DNA of 62,574 nucleotides, the filler included, from Sphacelaria rigidula (lineage: Eukaryota): the NCBI GenBank assembly GCA_964200075.2. It is 9 parts of 9 records of this genome, joined end to end, with 100 filler letters (N's around TTAATTAATTAA, not from the genome) between each part and the next. Parts side by side here need not be neighbours in the genome. Positions count along the whole stretch, not along the records: positions 6,965 to 13,828 come from CAXNAA020017698.1; positions 13,929 to 20,792 come from CAXNAA020017699.1; positions 20,893 to 27,756 come from CAXNAA020017700.1; 6 more parts are not named here. One strand, 5' to 3'. Below are positions 11,590 through 24,180 of this stretch, one piece after another. The notes under the pieces are model-generated. The model was not told where the DNA came from. It saw nothing but the letters and a program-made list of their open reading frames with translations, and searched no databases. Numbering within the stretch: position 1 is the stretch's first letter; each line of letters opens with the position of its first letter. Position numbers and translations under genes: made by a program.

Positions 11590-13620
11590 ACCATGACATT
11601 CGATGATGCAGCAAGCAAAACTCCGTTGTCGTTCGACATCGCAGCACGAGAACCGCACGATTGGAGGAACTTGGGATCACAAGCGTTGACGTAAAATCCT
11701 ACCCGCACTCACCCCCCGGTACATTCGCTAACCGTACATGTGGAAGACCTCCAAGGGTCACAGTTGGGACACAACGTTTGGAGCACTCCTTAGACGCCAG
11801 GCGGGGCAGTCGGAACGTGAGATACGGCACTGCAACCGATCTTGAGGTAAGAGCACCACAACACCCTTTATGCAGTAATACCGCGCGCCCCTGACCATAT
11901 TCCCCTCGTTCCCGCCGATGATGGGGGGTTTGGGGTATATGCATACATTTCGGAATGACATGATCTCCCATGAACCCGCGCGACTCCTACGCTCGCAAAA
12001 TGAACAAGACCACACGGCCAGCACGTAACACGTTGTGCCCATACATCGCTGTTCCGTATCCTCCGGACAGGTTGTGAAGTGCCTGCACCATTTCCAGCGC
12101 CATCCCGTGCGACATATGCCACATCCGTGCTTGACGGCACATCTCGACCGACACACTCCAAACGTACAGCGGCGGTGGGAAATCTGAGGGAGATCGCCGG
12201 GGGTCATGCCGGCGAAGCGGGCGCAGTGCGAGAGTGGAACCTCTCTCTCATACGGAAAAGAGAAGGCGTCTGTACTGTTCTGTGCCTCGGAGGCATCAAT
12301 CGCGTCCGCCGATGGCGCATCTGTAGAAAACCAGGGATCGGCGGAGGGGTGCGACACTCGTCGGAGTGCAGAGCGTAACAAGCTTGAATGTCGGTCGGGC
12401 GGGGAAGGGACGACTTGTGAAATCTCGATTACTTCGGCATCGGAAAACAAGACGCGGGAGGTATCGTCGTGGAATCCCCCGGCAGTACCTCTCAACGAAG
12501 CGGGTAATGTTCCCCGCAAAAGTGGGAGAGCTGCCGGCGGTAGGCTCGTCGAGGTGCAGGATTCGATTCCGTCTTCAGAGGCCAAGAAAAGACGTACCCC
12601 GCCAAAGCCCGGCAGAGGCACATCCCCGCATGCTCACGAACGTACATCGAGACGAACGAGGGCTGCGATGAATCACTCGGAGGTTGATAGCGCATTGAGA
12701 GCATGAGATGAACAACAGAAGGCTGTATTACAGCACAGAAACGGGGTAAGGAAAGGTCAGCTGGTGGTACAACACTCTCCTGGGGGAACCAGCGGCATCC
12801 GCATCCCCCGACAACGCAGAACGAGGTCCTGCTCGAGGGTCCGGCCGAAGGCAATATCTGGTGTCATCTAGGCGTGGCACGATCACCAGAGGCTTGGCTA
12901 TTCCTGGGGTCATGTGCGGATGGTGATGTGCGCCTGGCTGTGCTTCTGCACAACTATCAACCGACTTCACACTGCCTATGCATTCGGTATGATTGTTGCG
13001 CTCCCTTGAGCGACACAAGGTTTGGAGTGATGGACGGAAGGCAACGTCCGTCTGTCCACCTTGCTCCACACCCACGACTTCATCGCAGAAGCACGCCATG
13101 AAGTATTTGCGGGTCTTGAGGCAGGGCGCATTGTGATGCTGGAGGATGTTCAGTCGTCGCTGACAGAGGCCAGAACCGCAGCAAATGCCCGGGTTCTTCT
13201 CGACAGGCGCACTAGGGAGCAAGCGGTGGGAATTTTCGATGCGGTGGCGGCGGATGGCACAGTCCACGCCAAGGTTGATAAGATAAGCGGGGTTAAGGGG
13301 ACTGCGTGCAATGGGCGGCGGAAGTTCATCTACCTAGTCCCTTTCGTGGGGGCGCCCGAGGTTGCCGTGGCGGCCGACGTTGAACTTGGAGACACGCGTG
13401 CCAGAGTACGGTCTCCCGCCTCAATGTCCAGCTCGAGAGTGGTCCGCCGCTTGAATCTGCGCTCAAGCGGGTGACGGCTGCCGGTTTGGCGGGGGAGAAA
13501 CGGGCCGTGCTCATAGCAGCCGGGTCTATCGTCAGAATGGACATCGAGCGCGCGCAAGAACTGCAGAACGTATCGGGGGATAGGAACCGAAAATACGCAG
13601 CTGAAATCTGTAGAAATATC
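11590..13620 (-). pseudogene. Probable highly decayed non-LTR retrotransposon RT (CRE/REL-like)
   Basis: Minus-strand fragments occur in the expected order: GVEQG (~13070, resembles RT GVxQG), IVPRLDDT (~12870, resembles YxDD) and PLPGFGGVRL (~12610, resembles thumb LPxxxGGLG), then a Cys/His-rich segment. There are many stops and frameshifts and the motifs are degenerate. Confidence 0.4.
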
Positions 13621-14134
13621 GACACATGGACCATTTTTTGACGCACGATACACCGCCGACACTGTTGGCGTTGTTGAGCAGTCTGTGTCATTTGAAGGTG
13701 ACAGGTGATGACCCGGACTTGCGTTTTTCGATGGGGCCGGGGGGGGGGGGGGGAAGCCAGGGGGGGGGGGGGGGGGGGGGGGGGAGGGGGGTTGGGGGGC
13801 CCGGCGGGGGGTTCTGATGGGGGTGGGGNNNNNNNNNNNNNNNNNNNNNNNNNNNNNNNNNNNNNNNNNNNNTTAATTAATTAANNNNNNNNNNNNNNNN
13901 NNNNNNNNNNNNNNNNNNNNNNNNNNNNCTTTCGCTCTTTATTTCCCAAAACGACTGGCACATGCCCATAATGCCCCCCCCCCCCCCCCCCCCCGCCCCC
14001 TTTTTTCTCCCCCCCCCCCCCCCCCCCCCCCCCGCTTGATCCGGCGAACACCCGGCGTGCTCCGTCCCGGCTTTGCAGAGATGCGAGGTCAATGCTTTCA
14101 TGGCTATGGCAGGTGAAGAAAAAACGATTTGACA

Positions 14135-14275
14135 AAAGATATTTGACGAGAGTCGACGCGGTGCGGGAGTTTTGATGGTCATGATCCAATCCGCGAGACC
14201 GAAATGCAAGGCATGTATCGGGGGAGCGGCGGGTTGATTCCTGGAGATCAAGAATTCGTGCCGAGGAGAGGGGGG
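14135..14275. repeat. Dispersed repeat family (other copies ~405-435, 15305-15385 and 21828-21955)
   Basis: The copies share a core TTTGACGAGAGTCGACGCGGTGCGGGAG..GTCATGATCCAATCC and a CTCGGGA.GA..CCGTG.TCTCAAGGGAT segment, in either orientation. Confidence 0.7.
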
Positions 14276-15858
14276 TTCGAGAGCGCGACGGCTCATGAAT
14301 TACACAAAGTAGAACACATGTCCGAAGCTCAGGAAATAGATTCGTAGCCAGAGACGACTCATCAGTCCTAAAAACTCGAAACATTCAGAACGGCAACCTC
14401 GACATTATTTGACCAATCATCCTGAACAGACGCAGCAGGAATTTACAAATGAGTTGGCTGTAGGTGGTGAACTCGTCCACTAGGTTGAAAGGGGAGGGAG
14501 TGCTCGCGTGACATGACATTCAACCCTTACGGACGGAGCAGAAATGTTTGGACACAAACAGGGGTCGGAGATTAACAACAAACACTGTACAGTACTCCAA
14601 ACATGCAATTCCCAACATTGCCAAGTCAGTCGGGGGTACCATGAAATACGCACGATAGAGCACGCCAAGAGTTCTACAGGCTGCCGAAGTACAGGAAGCT
14701 CGTGACGCACAGCAAAAGCACCGTACGGTCGGACGAACAGGCGACACGCGCTCGAAGCTACAGCTAAAGCCAGACTCCGACCGCCTCTGTGAGGAGCGTA
14801 GAAATATACGAGGTTTTGGAACGAGCTGGGCCAACCAGAAGCATTTCCTGGGGCTCAACCAGCTTTCCATGGCCCGTGTTTAAGACTTGCAGGCTGATAT
14901 TTGAGACGAGGTTTTACGCCATTGAGATGCAAAAACGAACCGCGACAGTAAAGAATAGATAATGCAACAGGAAATTAGACCTTTAGATTTTGATTCTGGC
15001 GGAAAACTAAATATCATAACTCAATATATATATATATATATATGTTTAGATTCTTGGCTACCTCAGTCACCTGTTGCACATTGGCGTGTAAAATGCACGT
15101 GTAAGATTTCAGCTCGAAACTCCTCAAATTCGGCCGTGCATCCGAACGTTTACGTGGCGCCGTTGCACCCCGTGGTCCAGCTGGTATGAGAGACTTCCAC
15201 AGGGGGGAAGATCAGGAGTTCAAACCCCCAGAAAAACATGTTTTTATTTTCATTTTATTTTCGTTCTATCTATTCGTCGCACTTTGAATAACACCTCCTC
15301 CCCTTCCTCGGGATGAATCCGTGATCTCAAGGGATCAACCAATCTCACCCCGGTACACTCCCGCACCGCGTCAACTCACGTCAAACAAACTCAGTCAGCT
15401 ACTTTGTTTACTCAAGTTCTCGCGCTTTCCACGATGGGAATCGGATACTACGAAGAAAAAACCCAACGCATCGGGAATCGAAGCCGCATTCTCTCCACCC
15501 TAATGGCGATAATCGGACCATTACACCACCCGGGCGCGGCGGATAGCATTCTTTTGCAAAATCTGGTTCTGTCGTTGAGTTCATATGTTATGTATTCCAT
15601 TGCGTCGATTTTTTGCTGGATCAAAGCGTGCATTAGCAGGTGGACCCACACTTCACAGCGATATGTCTACGTCAGGTCAATCCCGGGAACTGTAAACGCT
15701 ATTGCGTGTTTTAAAAATGTGAGCTTTTTGGCTGGCCCAGCTCGTACTGTAGGAAAGCAACCCATCTTACCTCATGCGATGACGGGGCCAAGCGCGTGAA
15801 AGTACTTGTTCGGAAGGTAAGTGTCTTCTCCACCCACACGACACCGCCACGCTACAGT

Positions 15859-15975
15859 GGGGAGGGGGGGGGGTGTACTCATGATCACGCATGCCATAGT
15901 CACAAGAACATTGACCTCGCATCCCTACAAAGCCGGGACGGAGCACGCTTAATTTTCGCCGGACCAGGCTCGCAA
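15859..15975 (-). repeat. Type B C-tailed element end (other copies 14033-14112 and 28381-28483)
   Basis: The sense strand reads GCGAGCCTGGTCCGGCGAA..GCTCCGTCCCGGCTTTGTAGGGATGCGAGGTCAATG..GACTATGGCATGC..ATGAGTACACCCCCCCC. Confidence 0.8.
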
Positions 15976-16020
15976 CAAGGAGGGTGAGTGGGTGGGTGGG
16001 TGGGGGGAAGGGTGGGGGGA

Positions 16021-19000
16021 GGGGGGGGGGCGTCCTCGTTTGTTGCTCCCCTTAGTCGTTCGGTCATCGAGCATGCATCCCTTTCGAGACGGAGCACCGT
16101 TCCTACTCCTGATAGAGATACCTTCTTACGTTTCTTCCATACATTGCAAAAAAACCTTGTGCGTATCCTATCCCCGTCCTGTTTCGTCGTCTCTTGCCAC
16201 CATCTATCTCCTAGTGAACCATCGTGCTCTCCCTACAGTCTAATGCATCAAACGATTTCATACCACCTTCGTTCTCGTCCCGCACTTCCCCCTCTAGCAC
16301 GTCCCGTTCCTCCTTGTATAGCTCACATTCTGCCACAATATGACTTCTTCTCTCCTTTGCTTTGCCACAGAGGCAGTTGTGTCCATCTACTTCCTCCTCC
16401 ACAGGGCTACTGGTTTATATCTTTCTTCTTTCTGGCAGGTCCAGGTTCCCCACCCGAAATTGCAGTTTCGATTTTGTCGCCGCGTCGATGGGGCCATGCG
16501 GATATGTTTTCATCCCGATCCCCTCTCTCAACCCCCCGTATATCTTCAGGTGTTCCTCCTCGTCTACCTTGCGTCTGATCGTTTCTTTTCCCTTTACTTC
16601 TATAATGTATTTCACATTTGTCTTGTACCTCGTGCCTTCACCTACGGACAGTATTTGGTCTTGGTTTCCTCCTATCTCCCTCCATACTTTCTTGACTTCT
16701 CTATCCCACCTTCAACCATGCCGTTTCGTAATTTTCTTCCATACAGCCCTATCAACTATAGCTGGCAATCTCTTTCTCTGCATGTTCTTTACGCTATATT
16801 GTCATCGCAATCTCCTCATGTCTCTGTTTGTTTTAAGTGAGTGCATTCCCAACTCTGCCCTCAAAACTGCATTACTCGTTTTCGAACATCCAAGTATTTC
16901 CTTCGCTGCTGCCATCTATACTGTTCCTAACCTCTCCACCAACTTCACGTTTCCCTTCCACACTTCTCCTGCATATTGCAGCTTTGGTACGATCACGTCC
17001 ATCAGGATACATATCTTCATCCTAGTGTCGAGGTGCTAATCTCTGTGAATCACGTCCATCCTTCCCATCTGTGCCTTACCCTTTTCTATTTCTTTGTTTA
17101 TGTGTGCGTCCCAAGAACAGAGGTTTGAGATATTTTCATCAAGGTATGTATACTGGTCTACAATCGGCAATTCCTCTTCTCCCCACTTCCACTTGAACTC
17201 TACCGGATTTTCCTCATATTTGTTACAGACGAGTACCGCGCATTTGTTGACATTTGCTGTCACTCTCCATTCCCTAGTGTATTTTAGCGCCTTGTCTATC
17301 TGTTTTTGCAATCCTTCTGCTGTTCCTGAAATCCCCACAACATCATCTGCGAACATCAATCCTGATATCATATCTTCACCCACCTTGACTCCTTGATTTG
17401 CTGCTTGTATCGCTAGTATCAAGTCGTTAATGAACAGCTTGAATAACGTGCGTGGTAGCGTACGTCCTTGTGCAACTCGTTGTCAAATATACAAATATTT
17501 CGATATTTCCCCGTCTAGCATCATGGCACTTTTGGCACATTCTGTCATCTTCTTCACCATTCTCCACATCTTTCCTCTGATCCCAGCTTCCCACAACTTT
17601 TTCCACAACCCATTTCTCCATACTGTGTCATGAGCCTTCTGCACGTCCAGAAAGGAACAGTAAGTTGTCATCCCGACGTCTTTCCTATCTTGAATAATCT
17701 TACCTAGTGTGTACACATGGTCTACGCAAGACGGTTTGATCTGACATCTGCTTGTCCGTCGCTGATTTTTTCGTCCTTTGCCAGCATCGTTCCTACTCTA
17801 TCGTTCAGAATCTTACAGGACGTTTATCCTACCGTGCTCAGTAGCGTTATCCCTCTATATTTTCTGGGTCAGCCTTGTGTCCTTTTTTGAAAAGATTGAT
17901 GACTACTCCTTCTCTCCATCTTTTGGGTGATTACTCGTTCTCTCAGATCCAGTTAAGCAGCATAACCATCATGGAAATCATTGCCCCCCCGGTACTTCAG
18001 AAATGCATCAACTATTCCGTCTTCCCCTGCTGCCTTTTTGTTCTTGAGGTTAGCTACGCCCTCCTTCACTCCATTTCTGGCAAATTCTCGCTGTAAATCT
18101 ATGGAGCCACTATCCTCCCGTTTTGATGTCTCTACACTTGCTACTGCCCACTCGTTGATCTCTTTCTCAAATTCCGTGTCGAACCTCGTCTTAGTTGTTG
18201 GTGTTCCTAGTTTACGGTAGTGCTCGACTAGCACTTGTCTCTTCCCTTTCGAATTACTGACCATTTCACCGTTCTGTGCCCGGAGTGTAGCTATCCCCTT
18301 GCCTATCTTTCTTGCCTGGTTTCCCGTCATCCCTTTTATCCGTACCCACATTTGTTTCATCTCGCCATCGAAATCTTCATTTATTTTATTCGCTACATCA
18401 ACCCATACTCGCTTCTTTTTCTTCCTTACCGCCTTCGTTATCTCCTTTCGAGCTTTAGTATACTCCTCTCATCCCACCGTACTTTTGCTCGACATCCATC
18501 TCACGTGGGCCTCCCTCCTTACCCTTACAGCCTCTCTCAACTTTCTCATCCCACCATTTGACTGCTCTGTTTCATACTATCAGTTTCTTTCCTGTGACTT
18601 CACGCGCTGTGTTCTTGACCAGCTGCTCCCATCCTTCTACAATCTTCGCTCCTGCCCGATCCCTGTCCATTTCGATATCAGCTGTTCTCGTGCGTTCCAA
18701 CAGCTCGGAAACTTTCGGTTCATGTTTGGCCATCTCTTCTTATAAGTCTTGCTGCTTTTCTCTCATATCTAGTTTATCGATTCTCCATTTGCACAACTTC
18801 CTACCCCGCCTACTTCTTCGAGTTCTCGCCTGTTGGCTTTCTGCCCACATTAGGCAGTGATCTGTAATTCCCACGTCCTCCGCGGGTACATGTAATTCCA
18901 TTTCTTCATCATGTCCATGCTCTACCACTATAAAGTCAAGAGTGGAGCATTCTCTCTCATCTTTGCGGTTTCCAGCCCATGTCCATCGCGCCTCTGGCTT

Positions 19001-19930
19001 TGTTCTCTATCGTTCAGCATCTTCATCTCGTTATTCTCAGGGAACTTCAGCATTTCTACCCCATTCGTGTTCTTCTTATCTTTTCCGTATCGCCCAATGA
19101 TATCGTCCAGTTGACCTGCTTTTCCTACCCTTACACTCAAATCTTCCACTAACACAACTCCTCCTTGTGTTTTATACTTATGTTCATATGCTGCCATCTC
19201 TCCAAACCTATGCTGAATCCTACTCTTCGATTCTGGGGGCTTCCCTATACATGCGTACTCTTCAATCTTGCATCCTATCTACGTCCCCTCTTTCTCCCAT
19301 GACTCTTGAATTCCTGCCATATCTAGGTCGCGCGTCCTTACTTGTTTTACTGTATCTGTTCTTTTGCGCTCGTCTGTGGCGAATCCACGCATCTTCCACG
19401 ATCTTATTCTCAACTTCCTTTTCGAATAATTATCCGCTCTCTTGTTATCTTCTATCCTCTTTCCTTGTCTCTCACTTCTACTTTCCCTTGCTTAATTGTT
19501 CTGCCCCTTGCCGGTTTGGCCTTTCTCTAGTTCCTTCGGGCCGCTGTGTCTCCTCCCCTTCCCCTTCCGGGCATTTACCTATTCCTGCCTCTCTTTCCCT
19601 CCGTTTTCCCGTGCACTACGTCTTAGGTTTGTTATTCCATCAGCCATGCATGCTGTACATCCTGTCCTTCTAACCCATGCCGATACCTTACTTGTTTCTA
19701 TCATTTCCCACTTCTTGCTCGCTCTCTATTTTAGTGTGACTCGGAAGTGCTCTCCCTCCATTTCTACTTTTCCTGTTGCCAAATAGTATATTCCTACTTC
19801 ATCGTATTCCTTCTTGAGCTCTATTCTCGCCATGTCGCTACGGAATCCGAACACCAGCACTACTAGTACTTCACTCTTCCACTCTTTACTCCTACATCCG
19901 CCCTTCCTTACCGTCTCTCTCTCTCTCTAT
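16021..19930 (-). mobile_element. Decayed LINE (APE endonuclease, reverse transcriptase, C-terminal CCHC), frameshifted
   Basis: Endonuclease remnants: AGIQESW, EDLSVRVGK and TDHCL (~18850-19320). RT motifs: FLDVQKAHDTVWRNGLW, GLMFADD and YTYL (~17050-17800). CCHC: CLCGKAKERRSHIVAEC (~16320-16375). The element ends in a C tract on the sense strand. The 5' boundary is approximate. Confidence 0.92.
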
Positions 19931-22020
19931 CTCCATCTCTTTCGACATAATCTCAAGCGTGTTCGTTTCAGTTGTAATGGTGGGATATCTTCAACGTACT
20001 GGGACATCCCAATCCTAGTACTTGTCGGGGGTCTGGTGCCTTTCAGTTCTTTTGCTGGCTCACCGACACTGAATAATGCCTCCAACGTGGGCTCGTAGCT
20101 TGAGGCCAAGTTCAACACCTTTGACACAAGTACCTTGCATTTGTGCTTGATTTTCACGACAAACCATCCAGGCGCCCCACTATCTCTTGCCCCGCTGCTG
20201 TACTGTTAACTTTCCTTCAGGGAGATCATTTTTACCGTGTAAGGTTCAAGGACGGCTTGCATAACACAAGGTCTTACTCACATCGGGATGGCCCGTATAT
20301 CACCTTTCCATTCCGTGTACGATTCACCATGGATCGCTACTCCACTGATGCTTCCGAGTAGGCCTTCGCTGCCGAAGGCTCGGCCAACGATTCCCCCACA
20401 CTTCGTACCAGATTCTATATTTCAAGATCTCAACAAGTCTACGTATCGTTTGATGCTCCTTCTCGCAGTTCATGTGGTCGTTCATCGGTAAGGTGTTTGT
20501 GTCATGAGTGCAGTAGATCTCGACGTTCATGTTATGAATTGTCCATTCCTTCCCTTTATGAAGCGCGTTTTGCACCTCATGTCAAAAATTTCTGGAAATG
20601 GCTGACCAGACTTCCACCGCCTACTGGAAACCGGTAAGATTTTATGGGTATCTCACCAGGAGACCCCAACCTCCATGCCAATTCGACATGCAGGGAGTGA
20701 TGACCCCACCCAACCTGCGTTGGTGAGACACCCATGAGGCAGTGTATAAGCCGCGGCTGTCTCTGCAAGTGGCGACACAAGATAATAAAGCANNNNNNNN
20801 NNNNNNNNNNNNNNNNNNNNNNNNNNNNNNNNNNNNTTAATTAATTAANNNNNNNNNNNNNNNNNNNNNNNNNNNNNNNNNNNNNNNNNNNNACGGTTTT
20901 CCCCGATTTTTCGGCAAAAATCGGGGAAAACCGTTCCGAGATCGTGACCCCCGATTTTTTCGGCCCCGATGTGGCCCAAATCGGTGTCCATAAAATGCGT
21001 TCCCCGATTTTTTTCCCCCCGATTTTGAAAAAATCAAGATTCGTGCTTGCCATAAAAGTGGGTCTAACACCGGATTTTGGACAGCTCATGGAATTACCCC
21101 GTTTTTTTTTTTTTCTCGGATTTTCGAAAGAGCGAGAACTGATGAATTTATCAAGGACGAGATGCATGTACGAGGTCAATTTTATTCGCTTCTTTATGCG
21201 ATAACCGACCTAGATTTAAAAAGATAGAGTGTGGCAAACGCTTCCTCTCATCAATACCCCGAGAGTCCTTTTTTGTTTTGCCCCAAAAAACGAAATATCG
21301 CGAAACGTGCAACATTTTATCTTTGCTGCTGTCTGGGAGGAAAGGAGTGTCATGGTACGGGTATGGTTTGCATGCTGTATTGGTGTGAATCACGTGGTGA
21401 GTACGTATCATAGTATTATGGCATACGAACAACGACGTTTTTCAACAAGACATTGTTGATTCGTCCCGCAAAAAGTCGGGGCAAAAACTTCCCAATCGAA
21501 AGTAGGAGGACACCTTTCGGGCTGATTTCAGAATAATTTCGGCACAAAGTCTTGCATTAAGAAAAAATTCCGCGGCGATAGACGTAGCTCAATGCCCCCA
21601 CGTAAGTTGATGTTATGGCTAAAGCATAAAATGAAGCAGCTGTCCTGGACGGACCACATATTGTGAGTGTTTGAGGGCTGATTGAGGGCTGATCCGATCC
21701 GGTCCGGTTTGCTCTATTTTTCAACTTCGTGCTCATTCCGAGGCATGTGCTTGGCTGTCATAGTTGAGATTATATACAGTATGTATTCATTTTTTTAATA
21801 CGTTGAACTCCTTCCCTTACTTTCCTTACTCGGGACGAGGCCGTGGTCTCAAGGGATGAATGCATCTCTCACCCGGTACATGTATGACGTTTTGGTATAT
21901 GGGATTGGATCATGACTATCACCACTCCCGCATTGCGTCGATTCTCGTCAAACTTTGCTGTGCTCACATCCACTCATCTTGAACGAGAAAAGCCCGATTT
22001 TGTTACCCCAAGAAAAAAAG

Positions 22021-22021
22021 G

Positions 22022-22070
<49 letters not shown>

Positions 22071-22160
22071 ATTTCTGCACATCGGCTCAAAACCTCAAAC
22101 CCGTGGCCACAGACGTAGGGCCGCCTTTCCCGTACCGTCGCTACTACTCCTTACAAGGAA
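22021..22160 (-). repeat. Retroelement 3'-end family with a trinucleotide (AAC/AAT/GAT)n tail
   Basis: The sense strand reads CTTGTAAGGA..GGAAAGGCGGCCCTACGTCTGTGGCCACGGGTTTGAG..GTGCAGAAAT followed by (AAC)n. Homologous copies lie at ~23808-23910 (-), 34033-34160 (+) and ~36560-36720 (+). Confidence 0.8.
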
Positions 22161-22162
22161 TC

Positions 22163-22189
22163 GGGGTTAGGGTTAGGGTTAGGGCTAGG
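22163..22189 (+). repeat. Short interstitial telomere-like (TTAGGG)n tract
   Basis: GGGGTTAGGGTTAGGGTTAGGGCTAGG; a similar tract lies at 56674-56704. Confidence 0.7.
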
Positions 22190-22512
22190 TACATGTCGGG
22201 GCTATTGGAGCACTCAATCTTCCGCCCTGACCAGCTGATGGTGGACCAGTTGGACCAAGAGGGGGCTCGGCGGCATGCACAGTACCATTCCTGCTGATGC
22301 TTTGGTTGTTATTGTTGTTTTTGGCTGTGAATGGTGGTGATGGCCGTGGTGGTAGTCATGCTCAAGAATTTTTCAGCTCGGAGTTGTGCCATAAATACAA
22401 TGTATTATACCAGGTATACATTATGCTGAGATAATTTCATGCTTTGATTGCCCCCTCTGTCTCCACCGTCGATCGCGCCAATCGCGCTAACCCTGTTGTC
22501 CATCCACGACAG

Positions 22513-24180
22513 GGAATATCATCATTCCTTTGGAATGTGTACAGCTACGGGGAGGCTGAGTGTGGGCATTGGACGATGTGGACATGCGTTTTCAAGCACT
22601 CGAAATTCCTTGGCTGCGTCGCTATCCTGGCGGTGAGTAGTAAGTAAGGCTAGCGACCGGAAGGGACACGAACAATCAAAGAGGGGGGAAATGCTCTATT
22701 TTGGGGGCGGGTTTTCGGTGCTTTATCTCCGGCGTCATAGGCTCAACCCTGTCTCGTTTCATTGCGGGCGATGGGCGGGAGGCGGGTGGGTACCCACGAC
22801 AACGCTTCCCGTACTATTTTGACGGTTGGCGTCATCTTACTCGATCAGAGTGGAGCCCATTTTTTTTTTTTTTTTTTTTTAGAGGGATACATATTTTGTT
22901 TTTTCAGGCGAGGGGGGGGAAGGGTGAACTTTAGCCTGACAACTCGAGGAATTAAAGTTNNNNNNNNNNCCCCCCCCCCCCCCCCCCGCCCTTTTTTTCC
23001 GGTTGGCTTCTTTTGGGGGGGGGGGGGGGGGGCCCGTTTTTTTTTTTTTTTCGACCGTTCAGAGGGATACATATTTCGTTTTCTCAGGCGAGGGGGGGAA
23101 AGGGAGAACTTTAGCCTGACAACTCGAGGAATTACAGTTCGCGCACACGTTGTGTTTGAGCTCATTTCTATGTTTCGAAGATGGATAGGTGCGTAGAAAA
23201 AGTGGGGACACACAGAGGTTGACACGATATTTCGACTGGCGCAACCCTTGCTGCCTACTCGCACACAATGTCCTCCATAAATAACTGGGATTGGATCTCA
23301 ACTAAGCTAGATCCTAATCCATTTCCCCCCCGTGTTTTGCTGTCGAGCTTAGCGAGACTTGTATGGATAAGACACGCTGCTTGCCATACGCTTGCCATAC
23401 GCCTGCGATTAGTCGATTATTCTCTTTTTGAAGTAGAATGTTCCATGCAACGTATGTGGTCCATCCGTTTTCAAAAATGTGTCGGCTGTTTTTTATAGAT
23501 CTTGATGTACTTTTTTTGTATTATTGTTGAGCGTACCACCGCTTGTGCGAAAACGACAAGCTGCTTGCAACACGCCTCCGATTCGTGAAACCCTCCTCGT
23601 GTGAGTCGTCCGATTGTCAAACATTAATTGGTCGCGTTTATCCTACTTTTCTCTTCTCCCTTGTCAAGCATACCTCGTTTTCGCCATGTGTGATTGGAAC
23701 GAGTTGCTGAAAGTTTGTCTGTGATTTGTAAGAATCCCCTGTTTTGAGTCGGAACTTTTCAACGCAACATGGCAATACTGTCGGATTTTCGTTTTTTTTT
23801 TTTCTGGTTATTATTGTCCACTATGATTTCCGCACATAAACACAATATCTCGAACCCGTGGTCACAGGCATAGGATCGCCTTTCCGGTATCATTACCGCT
23901 GTTCCTTGCGTTAGATGGAACTATTCCTTCCTTTTCCCCCTTATGTTTTTGTCAGGCGTACCACGACTTGTGGATAGGACTGCTGCTCGCAACACACCTC
24001 CGATTCGTATTGATCAACACCACCACCTATGAGTCCATCAAGGGGCGGCATTGGGTGGATAACTCCACTCACGGACGGCCGTTCTACGTGCGCTACCCTC
24101 TCAATTGCTACCGCTTTTTCTTCCGGTCTGCCGGCGGGGAAAATGTAGCCATGGGCAACTATGGTCGCCTGCCAACACAG
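22513..24180 (+). CDS. DHHC-type protein S-palmitoyltransferase, internal exons 22513-22632 and 23956-24180
   Basis: Both exons are phase 0 with CAG|..|GT borders, and a GCTAAC branch-like motif precedes the first. The joined peptide ..KFLGCVAILA-AYHDLWIGLLLATHLRFVLINTTTYESIK has the hydrophobic TM4 followed by the H..xNxTTxE motif of zDHHC enzymes. The DHHC exon itself is not seen. Confidence 0.75.

Noticed and set aside
13735-13828. Long G runs and Gly/Pro-rich ORFs at contig ends (also 70-90 and 7027-7052)
   Set aside because: Low-quality homopolymer sequence at contig ends; the translations are not credible proteins.
22845-23140. Direct duplication around the 10-N gap
   Set aside because: Near-identical sequence on both sides of a scaffold gap with homopolymer noise; most likely an unmerged assembly overlap.
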